DNA of 64,000 bases from Oceanispirochaeta sp. (lineage in GTDB: Bacteria; Spirochaetota; Spirochaetia; DSM-2461), in assembly GCA_963663385.2 (NCBI GenBank), contig CAXXXD010000002.1:672001-736000 (forward strand). The letters are read 5' to 3'. Numbering within the stretch: position 1 is the stretch's first letter; each line of letters opens with the position of its first letter. Positions 1-10,246 of the stretch are shown here, one piece after another. Both the position numbers and the translations under genes were made by a program. The notes below the pieces were generated by a model that saw only the letters and a program-made list of their open reading frames with translations, ran no database searches and was not told the DNA's origin.

Positions 1-85
1 AGTAATACGGATGGTTTCTGTTTTTTTGTTTGAAAATTCCTCATAACAAGGGGGCTCCTTTTTTCTTTTTTTAAGATGGAAACAG

Positions 86-2170
86 TCAGAACCAGAGGAC
101 TCGGGTGTCTTCCGCTTCCGCTGCTCTTGTCATGGATGATCCTGAACCGGAAACAACCGCAACATGAGCGTACTGTTCGGCCAGTTCGGGATCCAGTCTT
201 CTCAGTTCTTCGAGGGCGGCATCCGCCTCGTTCTGATTTCCCGATGCGGCGGCGGCTTTGGCCAGATTGAACTGCAGTCTCGCATTACGGGGCAGCTGTT
301 CCGCCGCCTCCCGGTAGTACCCGTAGGCTGTTTCGGCATCCGACTGGAGCAGGGAAATATTTCCCAGATTGACCAGGGCCGATGCATTGCCTGCGTTGGC
401 CGCCTCTTTCAGATACTTCACCGCATCCGGATAGAACCCGTATTTCGCATAGAGAATCCCCCGGTTGTTGGCCGCTTTGGCATAGGAGGGACCTTTGTCC
501 AGGGGGCCGAGCCGATCCAGTCTCGCATTCAGCTCGTTGTTTGACGCAATGGTCTTTTCGGCAGTAAAGTTCCTGAGAATTTCATCCGGCCGGGGAAGCT
601 TTATTGCGGAACCGTCAGCGGGAAGGCCGACAGGGGCATACAGATTCCAGGCTTCATGAACCGGGTAGAGGGCCGCTTTATTATCCCCGGAGGCATTCCG
701 CCACTGCTCGGCTGCTTTTTTCCAGACTTCCGTGAAGCCGGCACTGCGCATGGTTGTTTCGATGGGAACCCAGACCTTATCATCCCGGACAATCAGATCA
801 TTCAGGTTCATGCCCCGGGCTGCTGCCCGGGAGGCACTCATTCCAAGGTCTGCGGCGATAAAAATATGTCCGGGAACTGTGATAAAGGCGGTTTCAATTC
901 CTGCAGCCTCGAAACAGGACGCATAGAGGACGGACAGGTCCGCACAGTCTCCGGCACGGAACCCAAGGGTCTGACGGGGGTATTTCAGGGTGTCCACAGT
1001 CGCCGTATCTACGATCTCTTTGGCAAAAGGCCGGTTGGGGCTGAGCATATAACTGATTCCGTAGGCTTTTAAACCCTCATGGATAGCGATAGCAGTCTGC
1101 AGATTCTTTGTCAGTTCCGGATTTCTTTCCGCCATAACCGTGGCCATTATGTTCCCGGTCAGATCCATTACCCATGGATCTTTGCTGGAAACGAAGGCTG
1201 CCGCTTTCCGGTCGTCGCTCCATGTCAGGGCATTCCGGTCATAGACAAGAACTGATGTCCCCCGGCTCTCTTCCATGCCGTTATAATCCACCAGAATCTC
1301 GCCGCTGACTTTAGTCGATTCGGTAATACCCAGAACACTGTCGTTGAAAAGTGCATAGAGTGGAACCTGAACAGACTCTCCGGGAGAAAGATTATTTATA
1401 GTATAGCTCTCCCGGGGGGCATCCATATACTGGCGGATGATAAAACTGACCCTGAGATTTTCAAGATTTTTTTTGCCCGTATTGGTAATGGTTGCTGAAC
1501 CGATCCGGCTGTCTTCATACTGTGATCTGAGACTGGGGAAAAGGTCGTTTACCTCGATTGAATAAAAATCCAGCATCCTGGGGGGAAGGGGTGAAGACTT
1601 TTCCGATACCGGGATATGGTAGCTGATGCCGAAGACCGCTCCGAGACCGGCTGTCAGTCCTGACTTATAAACAGCCGCTGTTTCCAGGCGGGCCGACCAG
1701 GCATCGCTTATCCTGAAGTCCAGACCGATTCCCGACTGGCCTGATCCGTAGGTTGTCGTTTTTCCCGTACTCAGTCTGCCGTAGGTCATTCCGGCATCCA
1801 GAAATCCGAGAAAAGTCAAACGCGAAGTCAGGCCGTAGCCGTAAACCAGTCCGGCCTGTGCGGAAACTTCCATAAGAGATCCTTTGACTTTCACATCTTC
1901 TACGGGCTGAAGGGGGGCTGCTGTATAAGCTCCGCCCAGGCGCAGGGAGAAGGGGCCTGCTGTCTGAATCCTGCGTTCCGCAGAGAGAGTTCCGCCCCAG
2001 GATGAGTTCAGTATTTCATTGGACTCAAAATCGCTGGTGACTGAAGGGTAATAATAAACGGGTGCTGAAAAGAGGGACCAGTTTGAATCGTATGAATCCG
2101 CTGCCTGGAGTAAGGGACTGAAGCTGAGTACCGGTAACAGTATAAAGGTGAATTTCCAGGATTTCATCAT
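86..2170 (-). CDS. Exported multidomain protein: putative N-terminal beta-barrel, Ig-like region, transglutaminase/papain-like core, C-terminal TPRs
   Basis: 694-aa ORF; signal peptide; amphipathic beta-strand pattern ending FGISYHI; GDCADL...GHIF...IET motifs; TPR-like helices (NNRGILYAKYG, ALVNLGNISL, FNLAKA). Confidence 0.65.
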   Translation of the reverse strand: MMKSWKFTFILLPVLSFSPLLQAADSYDSNWSLFSAPVYYYPSVTSDFESNEILNSSWGGTLSAERRIQTAGPFSLRLGGAYTAAPLQPVEDVKVKGSLMEVSAQAGLVYGYGLTSRLTFLGFLDAGMTYGRLSTGKTTTYGSGQSGIGLDFRISDAWSARLETAAVYKSGLTAGLGAVFGISYHIPVSEKSSPLPPRMLDFYSIEVNDLFPSLRSQYEDSRIGSATITNTGKKNLENLRVSFIIRQYMDAPRESYTINNLSPGESVQVPLYALFNDSVLGITESTKVSGEILVDYNGMEESRGTSVLVYDRNALTWSDDRKAAAFVSSKDPWVMDLTGNIMATVMAERNPELTKNLQTAIAIHEGLKAYGISYMLSPNRPFAKEIVDTATVDTLKYPRQTLGFRAGDCADLSVLYASCFEAAGIETAFITVPGHIFIAADLGMSASRAAARGMNLNDLIVRDDKVWVPIETTMRSAGFTEVWKKAAEQWRNASGDNKAALYPVHEAWNLYAPVGLPADGSAIKLPRPDEILRNFTAEKTIASNNELNARLDRLGPLDKGPSYAKAANNRGILYAKYGFYPDAVKYLKEAANAGNASALVNLGNISLLQSDAETAYGYYREAAEQLPRNARLQFNLAKAAAASGNQNEADAALEELRRLDPELAEQYAHVAVVSGSGSSMTRAAEAEDTRVLWF

Positions 2171-2354
2171 TCCTCCGGCATAGGCAAAAATTGTTCCATA
2201 ATCGTTTATTCAGATCACAGCTGAAAAAGAGTTTCAATCTCTTATGAGTTATTACAGAAACTACCACAGGAAAGAAGCAAGATCGTTCAGAAGTGCATTT
2301 CTGAACCTTTTTTCTATGAATCAGGATGAGAATTTGCCGTTTGAAGATGTTTTT

Positions 2355-3422
2355 CTAAATAGTATTGCTCCTGCGGAATTCACTGGGTGTCATTCCGTAT
2401 CGCTGTTTAAAAATTGTATTGAAAGTGCTTTTGGAGTTGAATCCGGTATAGAATGCAACCTCCAGAATATTCATGGAACGTTTTTCCAGGAGGATAACTT
2501 TTGCTTCCTCAAGACGGCGGGTATTTATAAGAGATCTGAAGTTCATTTCATATTTACGATTTACCAGCCGGGACATCTGATTCTCGGTAATGCCTATCAG
2601 TTCGGCAACCTGTCTGACAGATATATCAGAACGCGAATAGATGCGGTCTTTTTCTATCAGGACTTTAAGCTTCTGATCAGCTTCTTCAAGCCAGAGAGGA
2701 TTCTCATCCTTTTTCGGTGCCGGGGCCCTGGCGGGCATAAACAGCTGTGTTTCCTTAGGGTATCTGTAGGTAAACAGGATGGATGTGAACCCGAAGATTC
2801 CATATAAAACTATTGCGGCCATAACCAGAACATCGCTTTTAATAAAATGGGTTAACAGCATCATCGATGAACAGGTAAGGAACAGGACCGAAAGTATAAA
2901 GATCAGAAGGTTATAGTTATTTCTTTTACTCGAAATAATGCCTTTCTTTATAAGAAACAAGAAAAGAGCAGCTGCACATATTACAAAGAAATAATCTGAG
3001 AGGGAATTCAGAATCCGGAGTCTCTCAGGAAGAGCAAAATAGGGATGATAACTCCCGTCTGTATATTTGATTTCAACCGGATCTACAACATTAAGGAGAA
3101 CAATCACACTGAAAATAATTAAGAGCCACAAGAAAACGGGGATGATATACTGGTTTTTTTTCTGTATTGAATCAGTGATCATAGTAAAGTAAAGAAAAAG
3201 GAGTGGCCCGATAAAAAATGAGACGGCCGCATCGGTTCCATACAGGATTTCAGGAAGAACTGATGAATTATACATCCAGATATAAAACATATAATAGGCA
3301 AGGGAAAAGTACATAAAGGAAATAATATAGTTGAAAAAAGTCTTGTTTTTATAAACCAGCTGAATGACCCCTGCCAGAGAAAGACAAAGACTTGTTGCAA
3401 ATAAAAGGGATAAAACAATCAT
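2355..3422 (-). CDS. AraC-family regulator with multi-TM N-terminal sensor domain
   Basis: Hydrophobic N-terminal two-thirds; C-terminal AraC HTH (ILEVAFYTGFNSKSTFNTIFKQRYGMTPSEFR). Confidence 0.9.
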   Translation of the reverse strand: MIVLSLLFATSLCLSLAGVIQLVYKNKTFFNYIISFMYFSLAYYMFYIWMYNSSVLPEILYGTDAAVSFFIGPLLFLYFTMITDSIQKKNQYIIPVFLWLLIIFSVIVLLNVVDPVEIKYTDGSYHPYFALPERLRILNSLSDYFFVICAAALFLFLIKKGIISSKRNNYNLLIFILSVLFLTCSSMMLLTHFIKSDVLVMAAIVLYGIFGFTSILFTYRYPKETQLFMPARAPAPKKDENPLWLEEADQKLKVLIEKDRIYSRSDISVRQVAELIGITENQMSRLVNRKYEMNFRSLINTRRLEEAKVILLEKRSMNILEVAFYTGFNSKSTFNTIFKQRYGMTPSEFRRSNTI

Positions 3423-4351
3423 TACAATTACCTCTCAGCTGAAAAACAAAACCTGAGGAATCCTCAATTCTCCCAGGCAATTTATCATTTCTCCGGAATT
3501 TTGTCATTGTTTATCCTCTCAGAACTGAAGGCACTTTCCCGGCCCCTGCGGACAGCAGATCCGGCTGTCTGGGCAGGGCTTCTTTCGCCTCCTGTTCGGA
3601 AAAGAGATCGGCTTTGCGCAGGATGCTTGTTATGACCTGGCTCTGGCAGGGGAAGAGATAGGCCAGATCGAATACTCCGGCGGCGATTGGTCCATATTTT
3701 CAGAGCTGATACTGGTTTAGGCATAAAAAAACCTCTCCATCATAGAGAGGTATTGAGTAACACCTGTAAAGGCAATGACCTAAGTAAATAACCGTATCAT
3801 TCTGTTTTCTCAAGTGGTTTGATTTATTAACAGTCACAAGTATGTCTTCGTTTTCAATCCATACCAGAAGGTAAATTAAAAATAGAAACATAAGCGCTAC
3901 AAAGTAGGAAAATAAAAAAACCTATATAGTTCTACCTTATTGGAAAAGGCATGCAACTTTTCAATTTAAAATCATCTAATAATAAATGATATTTTAAATA
4001 ATATCGAACAGGCAAACAAATGTCAAGTATATTTAAATCATTTAATCTGTGGGCTGTTCGCCCGTTCAGTTTCAGCTGTTCCTTTCCGCTCCCTGCGGAG
4101 TTTCTTTCGCTCCTGGCGCGCCGTTTCGCCGTTTTATCTCTTTCTGACGTTTGTCAGATGAGCATCAATGCTTTGCCGGTTTCAGTTTCCCCAGCGGGGC
4201 TGGAAAAATAACAGGAGCCTATCTCATTCTTCACAAGAAGCTTCTTATTTGATTGAAAAGAATCACGAAAGTGCAGTAGGATACACTCTCGTGATTCAGA
4301 GAGTCACTATTTTCCACTTGCTAGATAGCTCTGAAGGCTGTCAGGAACAGA

Positions 4352-4618
4352 TTAAAACCTTCGACTATCCTGGCGTTCCACTGCCTCATTGACCCGTAGG
4401 TTACGGCCGTCAAGTTCTTTTCCATTGAAGGTCGAAATAGCTGCTGCAGCAGCATCGTCTTCTGCCATTTCAATAAATCCAAACCCTTTGGATCGGTTTG
4501 TATCCCGATCTGTAATGATACGGGTAGAGATTACTTCTCCATACTGTGCGAAAAGTTCGATGAGATCGTCTTCGATGGTATTCCAGCTAAGGTTACCAAC
4601 ATAAATTTTCTTAGACAT
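4352..4618 (-). CDS. RRM (RNP-1) RNA-binding protein
   Basis: RNP-2 IYVGNL and RNP-1 KGFGFIEM; start reassigned to ATG at 4618 (MSKKIY) after a GGAG RBS. Confidence 0.93.
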   Translation of the reverse strand: MSKKIYVGNLSWNTIEDDLIELFAQYGEVISTRIITDRDTNRSKGFGFIEMAEDDAAAAAISTFNGKELDGRNLRVNEAVERQDSRRF

Positions 4619-5330
4619 AATGTCTCCTATCCCGGAATGTTCCGGTATGTATAATTTTACTGAATGATTATTGAACTGCGGGAATCGGAATTGAAGACAG
4701 GAAACAAAAAATTGGTTACTTTTAAAACAATTATACGGTTCTACATTAAAAAGATCAGACTGTAGTCCAGATAATATGTGGTTTCCTGACAAATGTCAAC
4801 ATCCGGGCCTGTAAGAAACCGAAAACTGTTTGTTTCAATGATTAATTGTACAGATAAATTCGCCATATCCACAGGTTTATATATAACTTAGCTTTCTAAA
4901 AAAATATAAAACTATCATTATGATCAACTTGTAAACGAGAAAGACTGCTTTAATACAGAGTACGATACCTATCGATCAGGCTTTGAAACGGAGAATTCCT
5001 ACTACAGGAATATTACGCGCGACTTAAACAGTTATCCGTTCAATTACGGCCATGCCCCTTCCTTGATGAAAAACTCTTCAGCTTCTTGGGCATGCTAAAC
5101 CGGAAAGTCAAGTTAGAAGGCCGGGACAGACTGTTAAGACAGACTTTAAAAACAAACGATGGTGAACAGTCAATATATTTTGTGTAGGGGAACAAAAAGC
5201 AGAAAACACTTTATCTATAAATAGCACTATTACCAAAGCAGTTTGATTTGACACGATGATATAAAAAGTATTAGTAATATATTCTGTAACCAATTAATAA
5301 ATAATTAGTTAATATATAGATTATCTCATG

Positions 5331-5564
5331 TTATTCTTCATTCCGAGACTTTTTGTGGAATAGAGAATACTGAACGATTCCCCACAACAGTCCGACACCA
5401 ACCAGTACAAGCACTCCTATCCATGGAACAATTCCCAGTAGGTACAAAATCAAATTGAAAAGGCCGAATATAACACCTGTCAGAAAAAGATATACCAATA
5501 ACCAGACCCATACAGGTTTATCGATTAGAAATTCCCTCAATCGGCTATTTTTCTTTTCACTCAT
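5331..5564 (-). CDS. Small two-TM membrane protein
   Basis: 77 aa, two hydrophobic segments, GGAGGTG RBS upstream, downstream of radical SAM copy 1. Confidence 0.7.
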   Translation of the reverse strand: MSEKKNSRLREFLIDKPVWVWLLVYLFLTGVIFGLFNLILYLLGIVPWIGVLVLVGVGLLWGIVQYSLFHKKSRNEE

Positions 5565-5623
5565 ACTGACACCTCCCCAGGTAAATCTCTCATTCCGGTT
5601 AGATCCTTTATGGAAATTCTCCG

Positions 5624-7105
5624 TCAGATCGATTCGGCCACTCTCTGAAAATGATATCCATATACAGCAAAGGTAAGGACCATCCTCAGCTTATCAGGAC
5701 AGTTAAACAGTGTATACCAGATCAGTTTCCAGAAATAGAACTTTCCATTCTTTTTCAGAACTCCAAGCTTAAGAAGAACTAAGAAAAATGATCGCAGACT
5801 GGAAAATGGACTGGCGTTGAGGTTTTCAAAAGGGTCCCTGTACTCTTCGAGAAAAACCCGGATTCTCTCAAAAAACAGCCTGGGGGAATAGATCTTTTTC
5901 ATAAGGGATCTGTATCCATTGATCAGAACATCCGGATGAATTTGGGGGATAAAATTCAGAATCCCATCCGTGTTATTTCCGGTCATATCCGCAATTATCC
6001 TGTTTTCCTTTTTCAGCCTTTTATAGAGACGGGTTCCCAAAGGAGCATTCAGAAGCCCTACCATAGCTGTGACAATCCCGCTGTTCTGAATAAATCTGGC
6101 CTGTCTATCAAAAATATCCACAGGATCGTTATCAAATCCAATGATAAACCCTCCCGAAACATTAAAACCTTTCCGCTGCATGATTTTCACACTCTGAATC
6201 AGATCCCGTCCCTGGTTCTGAATCTTATGACACTCATTCAGACTGGCTTCTTCCGAAGATTCAATTCCGATAAAACAGGTACTGAACCCGGCCTGCCTCA
6301 TCATATCCATCAGTTCCTCATCATCAGACATGTTTATAGAGGCTTCTGTTGTGAAATTGAAGGGATAATGGTGATCTTCCTGCCAGGAGATCAAAGCCGG
6401 AAGCATTTCACTTTTCAAACGGTTTTTATTCCCAATAAAATTATCATCTACAATAAAGACAGAACCTCTCCATTTCGCATCATACAGCGATGTCATTTCA
6501 TCAAGAAACTGATCCGTTTTTTTTACACGCGATTTATGACCGAAAAGAGCGGTTATGCTGCAGAACTCGCAATTGAATGGGCACCCTCTGGAATACTGAA
6601 GATCCATTGAAGCATAATCATTCAGATGAAGTAGACTCCAGTCCGGAATGGGGGTTTGTGACAGATCTGCAAAATCACCGGTCTCATAGACTCTTTTCAA
6701 ATGCCCCGATTCCAGATCCCGGACAAAAGGTTTCATCGTAATCTCTGCTTCATTCAACATAAAACAGTCTACATCGGGAAAACTCCCGGGATGCTGGGTG
6801 ACCATCGGACCGCCGGCTACAATTTTCGCCCCGACCTCTTTGCATCTTTTAACCACTTCTGTAAAAGATTTCTTCTGAATATCCATACCGCTAATGAAAA
6901 CAAAGTCAGCCCATAGAATATCTCTTAGAGACAACCTCCGCGTATTCAAATCCACCAGCTTTTTCTCCCACAACGAAGGAAGTAAGGATGCAACAGTCAA
7001 CAGGCCCAGAGGAGGGTCTGATGCTTTTTTGCCAATAAAGCTTAAAGCATATTTAAAGCTCCAGAATGTTATAGGTATTTCCGGATATATCAGGAGAATC
7101 TTCAA
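5624..7105 (-). CDS. B12-binding-domain radical SAM protein (DUF4070-type), copy 1
   Basis: PPLGLLTVA cobalamin-binding N-terminus, CxxxCxxC (RGCPFNCEFC), VDDNFIGN, GGFIIGFDND. Confidence 0.92.
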   Translation of the reverse strand: MKILLIYPEIPITFWSFKYALSFIGKKASDPPLGLLTVASLLPSLWEKKLVDLNTRRLSLRDILWADFVFISGMDIQKKSFTEVVKRCKEVGAKIVAGGPMVTQHPGSFPDVDCFMLNEAEITMKPFVRDLESGHLKRVYETGDFADLSQTPIPDWSLLHLNDYASMDLQYSRGCPFNCEFCSITALFGHKSRVKKTDQFLDEMTSLYDAKWRGSVFIVDDNFIGNKNRLKSEMLPALISWQEDHHYPFNFTTEASINMSDDEELMDMMRQAGFSTCFIGIESSEEASLNECHKIQNQGRDLIQSVKIMQRKGFNVSGGFIIGFDNDPVDIFDRQARFIQNSGIVTAMVGLLNAPLGTRLYKRLKKENRIIADMTGNNTDGILNFIPQIHPDVLINGYRSLMKKIYSPRLFFERIRVFLEEYRDPFENLNASPFSSLRSFFLVLLKLGVLKKNGKFYFWKLIWYTLFNCPDKLRMVLTFAVYGYHFQRVAESI

Positions 7106-7190
7106 ACTTAAACCTTCTACTCACAAATATACTATATTTATAATTATACCAGCCTAAATAATGGGTAAAGTAAAAGAAGTGTAAAATCTG

Positions 7191-8153
7191 ATGAGCACAG
7201 TTAAGAAAAAAATAACCCTCCGGACTTCGGTGACTATGTTTGTTCTTGTACAGATTTTCTTTCTCATACTGATAGGGCTTTGGATTTGGTTTTTTCTTAC
7301 TGATAATGAAATCAATCAGTCGTCGAACACTGTAATCAATTTCCCATTTTTTTCAGTCCCTGTGAAGACAGTTCTCTTTCTTTGTGGGCTATTACTGATT
7401 TTCCTGAATTCCGGAGGAACGTATTATTTATTTCAGAAATTCATTAAACAGACAAGAATTAATCGTATGTATGACAATTTTATCATCAATATAGTTCATG
7501 ACTTGAAGACACCTGCAGCATCCATTCAGCTGATTGGAGAAACACTTGCCAACAGAGACCTCTCAGATGATACTTATCATGATTTTCTTAACCGCCTGGA
7601 AAACGACACGACAAGGCTGAATCTGTTGATCAAATCCATTCTGGAGATTTCCAGAATATACAAGAAAAGTGACATGTTTTCGTTTGTTTCATTAAATGCG
7701 GATTTTTATGTCAGAACTGCAATCCGAGTTCTTCAAAGCCAATTCAACCTGGATAAAGACAGGATTTCTGTTGTTGGATATTCCAAGTGCCAGATAAGAA
7801 TAGATCCTTCTGCTTTTACAGCAGTCTTAAGCAATCTAATTGATAACTCAATAAAATACAGCTCCTCACCGGTGAAAATTAAAATATATTTAGGATATAA
7901 AAAGAAGAAGTTCATTTTAATTTTTTCAGATGAGGGAAGCGGTATCTCCCGGAAATTCAGAAAGCGTGTTTTCAAGAAGTTTGTTCAAATAAGAACGCTC
8001 CCCAATTCTACCCTCACAGGCTTGGGGTTAGGTCTCAACTGGTGCAGAGAGATTCTCCATATACACAAAGGAAGAATTCAGATTCAGCAAAAAAGGAATA
8101 GTAAGGGTACCTTTTTTTACATTGAACTGCCGGGAGACAGGTTGATTAATTAA
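7191..8153 (+). CDS. Membrane sensor histidine kinase, copy 1
   Basis: Two TMs, H-box HDLKTP, N-box NLIDNSIKY, G1 DEGSGI, G2 GLGLGL. Confidence 0.93.
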   Translation: MSTVKKKITLRTSVTMFVLVQIFFLILIGLWIWFFLTDNEINQSSNTVINFPFFSVPVKTVLFLCGLLLIFLNSGGTYYLFQKFIKQTRINRMYDNFIINIVHDLKTPAASIQLIGETLANRDLSDDTYHDFLNRLENDTTRLNLLIKSILEISRIYKKSDMFSFVSLNADFYVRTAIRVLQSQFNLDKDRISVVGYSKCQIRIDPSAFTAVLSNLIDNSIKYSSSPVKIKIYLGYKKKKFILIFSDEGSGISRKFRKRVFKKFVQIRTLPNSTLTGLGLGLNWCREILHIHKGRIQIQQKRNSKGTFFYIELPGDRLIN

Positions 8154-8168
8154 TAAGAGGGGAACACA

Positions 8169-8897
8169 TTGGCTAACGGGGAATTAATACTTCTGATTGA
8201 AGACGATAGGAATTTGGCATCTAGTGTAATATACAATCTGGAAAATGAAGGTTACAGAGTTCTCTGGGCAGAAGAGGGACATCAGGCTATGAAACTGTCG
8301 GATAATGGTGACATAAGTCTTGTCATACTGGACATAATACTTCCTTATTACAACGGATTCACAATACTGGAAAAAATAAGGTCGGACTCGCCATCCTTGC
8401 CTGTAATTATCGTTTCAGCAAGATCTGAAGTACAGGATAAAATCATAGGCCTTTCACTGGGTGCTGATGATTATCTGCCGAAACCGTTTCATATCAAGGA
8501 ATTACTTATGAGAGTAGCCGGAATGCTTAAGAGAAGGAACTGGTATAGAACGAATATTTCCGATATGGACGATTTTTCCTTTGGCGAAAACAGAATCAAT
8601 TTTGAAAATGCGACCTGCCAGTCCCCCAAGGGGTCATTTAAGCTGACACCTCTTGAAAGCGCCCTGTTAAAGTGCTTTATCTTAAACGAAGACCAGATAC
8701 TATCCAAACAGGAACTTCTTATGAAGGTTTGGAAAACGAGTACTGAAACAGAAACCCGAACTGTCGATAACTTTGTAATGCGGCTAAGAAAATACTTTGA
8801 AGAAGACCCTTCCAAACCAGTGTATTTTAAAAATATCAGAAAAAGAGGATACATATTCTCAACCAGAGGAGAATGGCATGAAAAAGGAAAAGAATGA
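8169..8897 (+). CDS. OmpR/PhoB-family response regulator, copy 1
   Basis: Receiver LIEDD...LDIILP...KPF plus winged helix (TRTVDNFVMRLRKYFE); TTG start. Confidence 0.94.
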   Translation: MANGELILLIEDDRNLASSVIYNLENEGYRVLWAEEGHQAMKLSDNGDISLVILDIILPYYNGFTILEKIRSDSPSLPVIIVSARSEVQDKIIGLSLGADDYLPKPFHIKELLMRVAGMLKRRNWYRTNISDMDDFSFGENRINFENATCQSPKGSFKLTPLESALLKCFILNEDQILSKQELLMKVWKTSTETETRTVDNFVMRLRKYFEEDPSKPVYFKNIRKRGYIFSTRGEWHEKGKE

Positions 8898-9741
8898 ACA
8901 AACGAAACTATTTGATATAATTAGCAATAGAATCTTTACACACAGGTTTATTTCAGGTATTGCCGGGGATCGCTTACAGTCAACCGAAGAAAAAGAGCTC
9001 TATGAAACTCTTTTAGAAGAATCAGAAGGAGACCTGTATGTAAAAGTTCTCTTCCATCTTACAAATGAAGTCTTTAATAAAGAAAAAGCCATTACAATCT
9101 GGAAAGCCATAATTGATCATAAAAGTTACTTGTCCAGACAACTCAATAGAAATGTTGAAATTACAGTAGCGACTCTGGATTATCTGACAAATATTAAAGA
9201 TGAGATTACGGAACCTAAGATAATAGGAAGCGCCTTTTTGGGGAAGATTGTTGAGCTATCCTCTGTGGATACATTAACAAAATTGTACAACAGACAGCAC
9301 CTGATGCAGGTTTTATCCAAAGAGACCAGTCGATTCAAACGCTATAAGATTCCATTCTCTCTCCTGATGATTGATATCGATCATTTTAAATCTATAAATG
9401 ATAAATACGGGCATCAAACGGGAGATAACGTTCTGGTGGAAATCAGTAAGTTACTGATTCTCGATCTGAGAGAGCTGGATATCTGTACAAGATTCGGCGG
9501 GGAAGAGTTTATGATCGTTCTTCCTCATACAACAGAGCCTGAATCCTATGAACTAGCAGAACGCATAAGAGAAAGAGTAGAAGAAAAGTACCGGGATGAG
9601 ATGAGAATAACAATCAGTATAGGAATATCAATTATCACGGAACAGAATAATGAGATTTCGGAAATCATAAGGAGAGCCGATAATGCCCTTTATCAGTCAA
9701 AGAAAAATGGTCGAAATAAGACGACCCTCTCAGATATTTAA
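8878..9741 (+). CDS. Diguanylate cyclase (GGEEF) with uncharacterised N-terminal domain
   Basis: DTLTKLYNR, IDIDHFKSINDKYGH, RELD I-site, RFGGEEF; start moved to ATG 8878 after a GAGGAG RBS. Confidence 0.92.
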   Translation: MKKEKNEQTKLFDIISNRIFTHRFISGIAGDRLQSTEEKELYETLLEESEGDLYVKVLFHLTNEVFNKEKAITIWKAIIDHKSYLSRQLNRNVEITVATLDYLTNIKDEITEPKIIGSAFLGKIVELSSVDTLTKLYNRQHLMQVLSKETSRFKRYKIPFSLLMIDIDHFKSINDKYGHQTGDNVLVEISKLLILDLRELDICTRFGGEEFMIVLPHTTEPESYELAERIRERVEEKYRDEMRITISIGISIITEQNNEISEIIRRADNALYQSKKNGRNKTTLSDI

Positions 9742-10165
9742 GCTGCATAGCACAGAGGAATAATAGAATAATCTGACGTACTGTCCATTCTGGAAGATTG
9801 GTTCTTTCTTCCATAGAGTTCCAGTATTTTATAGAGGAACCCCGCATCGATACCGCCCAGATGCCTCACCTCTCCGCCATCGTAAAGGATCGACTGGTAA
9901 GACAGCCCCGGATTGAATGTTACCTGCCCCAGAGGGATATTTCCGGATTTTTTCTTCTTACGGAATCTGTTCCACATTCGAAGGTGGGGATATTTCCCGG
10001 GGATCCCTGATCTACAGATGGGAACATTGGGATGTCCCTCAATACCGGCAGAGGGAGAAAGACTCAATACACATGCTGAGAGAGTACTTTAACCGGTTCG
10101 GATCGGATGGTATATAATACCATTCCATTCCTGCGGTAACAGTTTACCGTGATCAGGAAAAAACA

Positions 10166-10197
10166 GTTGCGCACGCCACACTTGTATGGTAGTATAC
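10166..10197 (+). promoter_or_regulatory. Putative uxaC promoter/GntR operator
   Basis: GTTGCGCACGCCACACTTGTATGGTAGTATAC, nearly identical to the minus-strand element at 15586-15617. Confidence 0.7.
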
Positions 10198-10246
10198 ATT
10201 TTGTTAGTTAAAATATCCGAACAGGCTCAGAATTGAAGGAGCGGCT

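Larger units (their letters stand above)
5623..8920. repeat. Segmental duplication copy A (radical SAM + HK + RR + first codons of GGDEF gene)
   Basis: Direct repeat of 18280-21577 (offset 12657); homology starts at the radical SAM stop and ends at ...CTATTTGATATAA. Confidence 0.97.

Noticed and set aside
4040..4215. GC-rich patch with small hairpins as ncRNA, riboswitch or IS end
   Set aside because: No recognisable consensus, terminal inverted repeats or transposase ORF; needs an Rfam/ISfinder search
5624..7105. Calling the radical SAM protein hopanoid methylase HpnP
   Set aside because: Same broad family, but no hopanoid genes nearby and no diagnostic evidence
9745..10120. Short overlapping ORFs between the DGC and uxaC
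   Set aside because: No recognisable motif or RBS; may be a gene remnant but cannot be supported
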